Of a stretch of DNA of 64,000 bases, positions 57,061-64,000 are shown piece by piece. The notes under the pieces are model-generated. The model was not told the origin of the DNA and did not search any database. It worked only from the letters and a program-made list of their open reading frames with translations. The stretch lies in assembly GCA_043747615.1 (NCBI GenBank), contig JAYTOU010000027.1, positions 21,589-85,588 on the forward strand. Direction: 5' to 3'. A program made the translations under genes and the position numbers. This stretch comes from Myxococcales bacterium (GTDB taxonomy: Bacteria > Myxococcota_A > Polyangia > Polyangiales > Polyangiaceae). Position 1 is the first letter of the stretch; every line of letters begins with the position of its first letter.

Positions 57061-58206
57061 ATGCCGTCCGCTCTTTCAGAGATCATCGAAGCACGCCGCG
57101 TCATCATCACCGTCGGTGCAGGCGGAGTCGGCAAGACGACCACGGCAGCGGCGCTCGGGGTCGCGGCGGCCCAGCGCGGGAAGCGCGTGCTCTGTCTGAC
57201 AATCGATCCAGCGAAGCGTCTCGCCGAAAGTCTGGGCATCTCCCGCATGACGACCGAGGCGCTGGCGATCGATCCGCAGCGCTTCGCGGAGGCGGGTTCG
57301 CCCCTCACAGGCGAGCTCACGGTGATGATGCTCGACACCAAACGCACCTTCGACGATCTGGTCACGAAGTACTCGTCGACCAAGGAGAAGGCTCAGAAGC
57401 TCCTTGAAAACAAGCTCTACAAGTACGTCTCGACGTCTCTCGCGGGGACGCAGGAGTACATGGCGATGGAGAAGCTCATCGCGGTGAAGGACGACCCTCG
57501 CTACGACCTCATCATCCTCGACACGCCGCCGACGGCGAACGCGCTCGATTTTCTCGACGCGCCGGAGCGCATGATGGACGCGCTCGATTCAGCGACGATG
57601 AAGTGGTTCGTCGAGGCCTTCCAGTCTACGGGAAAGCTCTCGCTCAACATCCTGGCGCGCTCGGCCGCGTTGGTCTTGAAGACGATCGGCAAGGTCACCG
57701 GCGGCGGGTTCCTCGATGACATGGCCCAGCTCATCTCTCAGCTGAATGATCTTTTCGGGGGCTTCAAAGAGCGCGCGGCGCTCGTGCAAAAGACCCTGCG
57801 CGGCAAGGACGTCACCTTCGTGCTGGTGACCAGTCCGGCGCCGATGAGCATTCGCGAAGTGCTCTATTTCTCGGAGCGGCTCGAGACGGCGCACATGCCG
57901 CGGGGAGCCTTCGTCGTGAACCGGGTGCGGCAGCCGCCGCCTCACGCCTCGGGGGCCATCGCCGTCGCCGACGTCAAAGAGGCCATCGCCGCGCACGGAC
58001 TCACGCTCGACGACGACGCCCCGGAGCGCCTCATCAAGGCGCACGCAGACGCGGTGAAGCTCGCTGCTCTCGATGCCTTCTACGTGAAGGCGCTGGACGC
58101 CGGAAACGCCGGCGCGGTGCCGATCGTACGCATTCCGGAGCTCGCCTCCGACGTGCACGACCTACGACTTTTGTCGACGCTAGCGCACATGCTGACTGCG
58201 GACTAG
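57061..58206 (+). CDS. ArsA/GET3-family ATPase
   Basis: GAGGVGKTT, TIDPA, GTQEYMAMEKL, DTPPT. Confidence 0.9.
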   Translation: MPSALSEIIEARRVIITVGAGGVGKTTTAAALGVAAAQRGKRVLCLTIDPAKRLAESLGISRMTTEALAIDPQRFAEAGSPLTGELTVMMLDTKRTFDDLVTKYSSTKEKAQKLLENKLYKYVSTSLAGTQEYMAMEKLIAVKDDPRYDLIILDTPPTANALDFLDAPERMMDALDSATMKWFVEAFQSTGKLSLNILARSAALVLKTIGKVTGGGFLDDMAQLISQLNDLFGGFKERAALVQKTLRGKDVTFVLVTSPAPMSIREVLYFSERLETAHMPRGAFVVNRVRQPPPHASGAIAVADVKEAIAAHGLTLDDDAPERLIKAHADAVKLAALDAFYVKALDAGNAGAVPIVRIPELASDVHDLRLLSTLAHMLTAD

Positions 58207-59627
58207 CTCTCGCCCTTCGTCTTCAGACTGCGAATGGGGCGACCGGTCATCACGCTTTTGCGCTTGGCTTTGTAATAGACCTCGACGGGCACGCCCTCGA
58301 AGCCAAAGTGCTTTCGCAGCTGGTTGACGACGTAGCGCCGGTACGAGAAGTGGACCGCGTCGGGGAAGTTGGTGATGGCCACGAACTTCGGCGGCGCCTG
58401 CTCCGCCTGCGTCACGTAGAAAAGGCGCGGAGCCTTTCCTCCGCTCGTCGGCGGGGGATGCGTGTCGAGGACCTTTTCGAAAAAGCGATTGAGCTCGCCG
58501 GTGGTGACGCGCTTCTTGAAGGCTTCTCCCACCGCGTCGATCTGGTCGAAGAGGGCGGGTACGCCGCGCCCCGTTTTGGCGCTCATCTTCAGCACCGGAA
58601 CGTAAGTGGCGAAGGAGATCTTGTCGCGCGCTCGCTCCTCGGCGGTCGCGGTTTCTTCCTTCGAGATGAGATCGGCCTTGTTGAGCGCGATGATCATTCC
58701 CCGTGAGCGATCCTGGGCGAGGCCGAGAATTTTTGCATCTTGCTCCGAGACGCCCTCGTTGACGTCGCAGAGGAGCACCGTCACCTGAGCGCGCTCGATG
58801 CTGCGGATCGCGTGGAGCACGCTCACCGCTTCTACGGTGTCGTCGGTCTTGCTGACTTTGCTCTTGCGGCGAATACCGGCGGTGTCGATGAAGACGTACT
58901 TCTTGCCGTTGCGGACCACGACAGCGTCGATGGCGTCGCGGGTGGTGCCGGGCTGGTCGTCGACGAGCATTCGCTCTTCGCCGAGAATTCGGTTCAAGAG
59001 GCTCGATTTTCCGGCGTTCGGTCGGCCAACGATGGCCACCCGGAGGACGGTCTCGTCTACGTCGCCGGGTAGCTCGTCGGGCGGAAAGCTCTCCACGATG
59101 GCATTCTCGAGCTCGCCGATTCCGCGTCCGTGAAGGGCGCTGATCGGAAACACTTTGTCGATGCCCACGCGATAGAGGTTGAACGCCTCGGCATCTTGCT
59201 TCGGCGAATCGGCCTTGTTTGCCGCGAAAAACACGGGCTTCTTCGAGTTGCGCAGAAGCTTCACGGCGGCGCGATCGGCGCTCGTGAGCTCGGTCGTGGC
59301 GTCGGTCACGAAGATGATGGCGTCGGCCTCTTGGACGGCGACCTTCACGTGGACGGCGATCCCCGCCTTCATCGGATCGGAATCTTCCGGATCGAATCCA
59401 CCCGTGTCGATGAGCGTGTAGTTTCGGCCGAAGGCGTTGGTGTCGACGTAGTGGCGGTCGCGGGTCACCCCCGGCTCGTCGTGAACGATGGCGACCTTGC
59501 GCCGCGCCAAGCGGTTGAAGAGCGTGGACTTGCCGACGTTCGGCCGCCCCACGACTGCCACGATCGGCGCACCTTTTTGACCCGCCGGGACCACGTCCTC
59601 GGGATGCGGCTTGAAATGTTTCGTCAT
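58203..59627 (-). CDS. der: Ribosome biogenesis GTPase Der (EngA)
   Basis: Two G domains (GRPNVGKS, GRPNAGKS), DTGG/DTAG, KH-like C-terminus. Confidence 0.97.
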   Translation of the reverse strand: MTKHFKPHPEDVVPAGQKGAPIVAVVGRPNVGKSTLFNRLARRKVAIVHDEPGVTRDRHYVDTNAFGRNYTLIDTGGFDPEDSDPMKAGIAVHVKVAVQEADAIIFVTDATTELTSADRAAVKLLRNSKKPVFFAANKADSPKQDAEAFNLYRVGIDKVFPISALHGRGIGELENAIVESFPPDELPGDVDETVLRVAIVGRPNAGKSSLLNRILGEERMLVDDQPGTTRDAIDAVVVRNGKKYVFIDTAGIRRKSKVSKTDDTVEAVSVLHAIRSIERAQVTVLLCDVNEGVSEQDAKILGLAQDRSRGMIIALNKADLISKEETATAEERARDKISFATYVPVLKMSAKTGRGVPALFDQIDAVGEAFKKRVTTGELNRFFEKVLDTHPPPTSGGKAPRLFYVTQAEQAPPKFVAITNFPDAVHFSYRRYVVNQLRKHFGFEGVPVEVYYKAKRKSVMTGRPIRSLKTKGES

Positions 59628-60601
59628 GATTCGGGGCTCCCATAGCCCATTTCGCGAAGCCCTTTGTCGGACTCGTACCACCCGGGCGTCACCCGCACCC
59701 ATATCTGCAAGTGAACCTTTTGCCCCATCATTGCTTCCACTTTGGCGCGGGCCTCCATGCCGATCTCCTTCAGGAGGGCGCCGCCTTTGCCGATGATGAT
59801 CTTCTTGTGACCTTCGCGATCGACGTGCACCGCGAGCTCGATCCGCGTGGTCTTGCCGCTGGTCTTGCCCTCTTTGGGGGGCTTGCCTTCCTCGAAGCGC
59901 TCGACCACCACCGCGACGCCGTGCGGCACCTCTTCGCGTGTGTGTCGCAAGATTTGCTCGCGCACGAACTCCGCGACCAAAAAGCGCACCGGGCGATCGG
60001 TGAGCGTCTCGTCGTCGAAGAGCTTTTTCGACAAGGGGAGGCGCTCGCGCAGCTCGCCGAGGAGGTACTTCATCTCACTCGATTTGCGCGCGCTGAGCGG
60101 AATGATCGCCGCAAAATCGAAGCCTGAAGCGTGACCTTCGAGGATCTTGACCAGCTCGGTCTTGTCGACGAGGCGATCGATTTTGTTGAGGACGCACAGC
60201 ACCGGGATGCCGGTCGGGAGGTCTTTGAGGATCGCGACGTCGGCCGGGCGCAGGTGGTTGTCGCCGTCTCTTCCCACGTCGGTCATGAAGACGATGACGT
60301 CCGCTCCTCGGGCCGCGTCGCGCGCTTCCTGGTTCATACGCGCCCCGAGCATCGTCTTCGCGCGGTGCACGCCGGGCGTGTCGACGAAAATGAACTGCGT
60401 GTCCGCCTCGGTCACCACCCCGAGGATGCGGTCCCGGGTCGTCTGCGGGTGGTGGCTGGTGATGGCAATAGACTCCCCGAGGAGAGCGTTCAGGAGCGTG
60501 CTCTTTCCCACATTCGGTCGTCCGACGATGGCGATGTGGCCAGCTCTGGTGGTTTTGGGCGGCTGGTCACGTTTGACGCGTTTCGGGTTCGGGTCGGCCA
60601 T
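59624..60601 (-). CDS. era: GTPase Era
   Basis: GRPNVGKS, PQTTR, DTPG, NKID, EEVPH, IIIGKGG. Confidence 0.97.
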   Translation of the reverse strand: MADPNPKRVKRDQPPKTTRAGHIAIVGRPNVGKSTLLNALLGESIAITSHHPQTTRDRILGVVTEADTQFIFVDTPGVHRAKTMLGARMNQEARDAARGADVIVFMTDVGRDGDNHLRPADVAILKDLPTGIPVLCVLNKIDRLVDKTELVKILEGHASGFDFAAIIPLSARKSSEMKYLLGELRERLPLSKKLFDDETLTDRPVRFLVAEFVREQILRHTREEVPHGVAVVVERFEEGKPPKEGKTSGKTTRIELAVHVDREGHKKIIIGKGGALLKEIGMEARAKVEAMMGQKVHLQIWVRVTPGWYESDKGLREMGYGSPES

Positions 60602-60679
60602 CGGAGGGGGAAACTAGCATGGGCGTTGCGCCAGGCTTGCGGTTGCTACTAGTGTCCCCTCACTTTTGGACGTGAAGCG

Positions 60680-63496
60680 ATGACCACCGAAGAAAAATCC
60701 GTCGAGACGCTCGAAGCGAAACCAGCTGTTCTAGAGCCTATTTCGGAGGCAGACGCACCTCCGAAGAACTGGTTCCCGGCGGCGTTCGTCGTGCTTCTGC
60801 CGCTCGCGTTTTTTTTCATCCTCCCTCCGTTGACGAAAAGCGGGCTCTGGGATCCCTTCGAGCTAAACATCGCGGACCTCTCGCGGCGGATCGCGCTGCA
60901 CCTCTTCGGCGCGAGTGAAATGGCCCTCACGGGGGCCGACAACTCGATGCCGCACTTGAACGATCTCGGCCGTCCCGAGCTGCCGTTCGTGTCGATCGCC
61001 TACGGCTTCAAGCTCTTCGGTCTCCACGAATGGGCGGGTCGCGCGCCGCTCGCGTTGTGGGGCCTTGGCGGTGTCATCGCCACCTTCGGCTTCGTCTCGC
61101 GTCTCGTCGACAAGCGGGCAGGGGTCTATGCAGCCATCGTTCTCACCACGATGCCGCTCTACTTCGTTCAAGCCAGAACGATGCTCGGTGACATCGTCAC
61201 GATGAGCGCGTTCGCTATGTCCTTCGGCGGGTTCATTGTTGCGATCTTTGATCGCGACGATGATGGTCCCACTTCGATCAGCGCGCGGCTCCCGTGGCTA
61301 CTCCTCGGCGTCGGCGGCCTCGTGGCCGGCTTTTACAGTCGCGGGGCCCTCATCGGCGTGGGAATTCCCCTCGCGTCCGTGGGCCTAGGCTGGGCGCTCA
61401 CCTGGGCTGCCGGTCGCCGCTCGAACGACGGCTTCGGGAGCGTGGTCGGCGGCCTCGCCCTCGTCGGCGCGGGGCTCGCGGTATTCGCCGCCGTCTCGGC
61501 GATGATGAAGGACGATCAGAAAAATCTGAGCATGTACGTCGGCGCTATGCTCCGCCTCCCGTCGAAGTATCCCACGTTCGATTTCATCGCTGGTCAGCTC
61601 GGACCTGCGCTCGCTCCGTGGAGCGCGTTCATTCCCTTCGCAATGGGCAGGCTCTTCATTCCGCCGGTCAAGACGTCTGGCTTCGTGCATGAGCGCGAGA
61701 GCTTCTTTCGCGCGACGCTCCTCGTCGGTGCCGCCGTGGCCTTCACTGCGCACGGTTTTCTCGCCGTGCGAACCGATCTCATGGCTTTCTCGGCCCCCGC
61801 TCTTTTGGCTGCCGTCTGCGCCGTCGCCATCCGCGATTTCGAGCGCGGGGCGCACGGATCGATCGCGGTTGGCGTCGGCACGGCCGTCTTCCTCGGCGTC
61901 TTACACCACGACTTCCACGAGCTGCCCGACAAGGCCTACCAGGCGTTTGCCGTCGTCGGAGCGACGTTCCCCGAGAGCTACAAAGAGCACGCCCTCCTTC
62001 TCTGGACGGTCGCCCTCATTGGGTTCGCCGGCTTCACGTTCCTCACCTGGGTCGAAGGAGATTCCACGCGCCGGCCCTTCGATCCAAACAATTATCACGC
62101 GATCATCGCCGCGCTTCGTGAGGCCTGGGACGGCCTCCTCGCACTGGTCTACTTCGCGCTCGTCGCCGGAGCCTCGCTCGCCGGCTTGGTGATCTGGGTC
62201 GGGGTCCGCACTCATGCGAAGTGGCTGCCGACGATCTCTCTCCAGATTCGTGACGGCGTCCTGAATGCCTGGTGGGTGACCGCGTTCGTGCCACTGGTTG
62301 CCATCTTGGGGCTTTTCTTCGCGACCGACGTTTGGGCCTGGGCCTTCGGCGGCGCCAAGAAGCTGACCTGGGGCTCCTTCACCCGAGGATTCGAGCCTTT
62401 CGAAGGCCTCTACGCCTGCGTTCGCAGCGAGACGACCCCGCCCGCCACGAAGCTCACGGCCATCCTCGTGCTCTTCCCGCTGATGGTGCTCGCCGTCCCC
62501 GGCGCAGTGCTCGCCGTCATCTTGACGAAGCACATCACGACGCTCCCCGTCGCTCTCGCCCTCGCGCTCCCCGCGGGGATCGCCGTCTTCCTCGGGCTCG
62601 GTCTGCTCGGCGACGCTCTTCGCGGCCGGAGGGCAGCAGGCTTCGCTTTCGGCGGCGCGGCAGTCGGTTTTCTTCTGTGCTTTTCGTACTACCCCGCGCT
62701 AGCGAATCAGCTTTCGCCAAAAGAAGTCTTCGAAACCTACGAGCGCTCGCACAAGTCCGACGAGCCGCTCGCGCTCTTCGGCGTGGGAGGGCGCACGGCG
62801 GCCTACTACGCGGGAGGCCAGCCGATGTCGTTCACCGATCCGGCGCGCGCCTACGAGTGGCTCATGGCGGGGGGCGAGGGGCATCGGCGCTTTCTCGCCA
62901 TGCGGTCCGACGAGCTCTCGAAGCTCAATCAGATCTTCCGCGACCACTCCACCCCGCGTCAAAACCTCCCGATCATCGACTCGCGATCCAGCCAAATTCT
63001 CCTCGTGGCCTCGTCGCTCGATGGTGACAAGAATCAGAATCCTCTCGGGAAGATCATTCTTTCCGCGCCTCCGAAGCCGCAGCACGTGCTCGACGTGAAC
63101 ATGGAAGACAAGCTCGCGGTGCTTGGCTACGACGTCACGGACCAGGCCGGAAAATTGGTCGACGTGGTCGCTCCGGGGCGCAAGTACCGGATGCGCACGT
63201 ACTACCGTGTGCTCGCGCCGGTGACCACGGAGTGGGAAGCGTTCATCCACATCGACGGCTACCATCGCCGTCACAACGGTGATCACAAGCCGATGGAGGG
63301 AAAGTATCCCTTCGGTCTTTGGCTAAAAGACGACCTCCTCGTCGACGACTACGAGTTTGGTCTGGAGCCGAATTTCTCGCCCGGCAGCTATACAATCTTC
63401 TTCGGGCTCTTCGTCGGCGAGACGCGCCTCAAGGTAAAGAGCGGCCCAAGCGACGGCGACAATCGGATCAACGGCGGCCAGGTTCGCGTTCAATAG
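60680..63496 (+). CDS. Polytopic GT-C glycosyltransferase (ArnT/PMT_2-like) with C-terminal extracytoplasmic Ig-like domain
   Basis: GLWDPFE, FKLFGLHEWAGR.P, many TM helices, LGYDV...FIHIDG...DH.P tail. Confidence 0.8.
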   Translation: MTTEEKSVETLEAKPAVLEPISEADAPPKNWFPAAFVVLLPLAFFFILPPLTKSGLWDPFELNIADLSRRIALHLFGASEMALTGADNSMPHLNDLGRPELPFVSIAYGFKLFGLHEWAGRAPLALWGLGGVIATFGFVSRLVDKRAGVYAAIVLTTMPLYFVQARTMLGDIVTMSAFAMSFGGFIVAIFDRDDDGPTSISARLPWLLLGVGGLVAGFYSRGALIGVGIPLASVGLGWALTWAAGRRSNDGFGSVVGGLALVGAGLAVFAAVSAMMKDDQKNLSMYVGAMLRLPSKYPTFDFIAGQLGPALAPWSAFIPFAMGRLFIPPVKTSGFVHERESFFRATLLVGAAVAFTAHGFLAVRTDLMAFSAPALLAAVCAVAIRDFERGAHGSIAVGVGTAVFLGVLHHDFHELPDKAYQAFAVVGATFPESYKEHALLLWTVALIGFAGFTFLTWVEGDSTRRPFDPNNYHAIIAALREAWDGLLALVYFALVAGASLAGLVIWVGVRTHAKWLPTISLQIRDGVLNAWWVTAFVPLVAILGLFFATDVWAWAFGGAKKLTWGSFTRGFEPFEGLYACVRSETTPPATKLTAILVLFPLMVLAVPGAVLAVILTKHITTLPVALALALPAGIAVFLGLGLLGDALRGRRAAGFAFGGAAVGFLLCFSYYPALANQLSPKEVFETYERSHKSDEPLALFGVGGRTAAYYAGGQPMSFTDPARAYEWLMAGGEGHRRFLAMRSDELSKLNQIFRDHSTPRQNLPIIDSRSSQILLVASSLDGDKNQNPLGKIILSAPPKPQHVLDVNMEDKLAVLGYDVTDQAGKLVDVVAPGRKYRMRTYYRVLAPVTTEWEAFIHIDGYHRRHNGDHKPMEGKYPFGLWLKDDLLVDDYEFGLEPNFSPGSYTIFFGLFVGETRLKVKSGPSDGDNRINGGQVRVQ

Positions 63497-63514
63497 ACTC
63501 GCCGGAGAGAAACG

Positions 63515-63907
63515 ATGAGCGACCAACCGAAGACGCCGAGCTTGATGCCGCCGGATGCCGGCCCCGAGCGACGAATTTTCGATCGCTACGATGTCGACTG
63601 GGCGGTCGATTGCGTGAACGAGGATACCTTCCTCTACGCGTCGCTCGCCAACATCAGCGAGATGGGCATCTTCGTGAAGACGCTCGAGCCGCTCGTCATT
63701 GGAACGAAGCTGATGCTCTCGTTTTCGCCTCCCGGACACGAGACGTTCAAGATTCCTGGCGTGGTGGCCTGGGTGAACAAGGTCAAAGCGAGCGGTGACA
63801 ATCCGAATCCCGGTATGGGGGTCCGCTTCGTCGAGCTCGAGCTCGACGATCGCGAGCGCCTCGTCGAAGCCATCCGCGCGATCGCGTATCTGCGCAACCC
63901 GAACTAG
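63515..63907 (+). CDS. PilZ-domain protein (myxobacterial TIGR02266-like)
   Basis: RIFDR (RxxxR), NISEMG, GMGVRF. Confidence 0.9.
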   Translation: MSDQPKTPSLMPPDAGPERRIFDRYDVDWAVDCVNEDTFLYASLANISEMGIFVKTLEPLVIGTKLMLSFSPPGHETFKIPGVVAWVNKVKASGDNPNPGMGVRFVELELDDRERLVEAIRAIAYLRNPN

Positions 63908-64000
63908 TGCCTCGGTTCTACGGAATGGAAGGGTATAGGCGGCGAAGCTTGATCCGTGCGTCTGCGGCGGAGAAACGCCATTTCACTTTCCCCGTCGTGC

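Noticed and set aside
55518..57383. Long antisense ORFs (621 aa opposite dnaB; also 49357-51396, 1914-3209, 42758-44074, 15010-16281)
   Set aside because: Shadow ORFs caused by high-GC codon bias opposite well-supported genes; no recognisable motifs
1..64000. CRISPR arrays, rRNA, tRNA, IS elements, defence systems
   Set aside because: No repeat-spacer arrays, RNA gene signatures, transposase or nuclease motifs were recognised by eye

Overview
High-GC bacterial chromosomal segment, almost certainly Myxococcota and probably a Polyangiales lineage (Sorangium/Labilithrix-like). The taxonomic signs are a MYXO-CTERM protein, a TIGR02266-type PilZ protein, a CdbA-like RHH protein and Ser/Thr kinase-PEGA-Cys-rich lipoprotein triads. 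Core genes present: lepA (partial), rluB, pepP, xerC, gph, hisZ, purA, rlmI-like, prs-rplY-pth-rpsF-rpsR-rplI-dnaB, der and era. The standout is a ~14 kb co-directional locus (37.5-51.5 kb) that looks like an undescribed molybdenum/tungsten acquisition-and-storage system. It encodes a His/Cys repeat lipoprotein, a TonB-dependent receptor flanked by two paralogous Cys-rich lipoproteins, a duplicated-domain lipoprotein, a MYXO-CTERM surface protein, two paralogous c-type cytochrome lipoproteins, an ECF T-S fusion with a 24-Gly insert, two molybdenum storage protein (MosA/MosB-like) subunits, and ModABC. Other observations: a kinase/pseudokinase pair, a pervasive leaderless-promoter signature, an S6:S18-like RNA leader, and a possible -1 frameshift (or homopolymer error) at the 5' end of dnaB. 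No tRNA, rRNA, CRISPR array or transposase was recognised. All family assignments come from motif recognition by eye; no searches were run.
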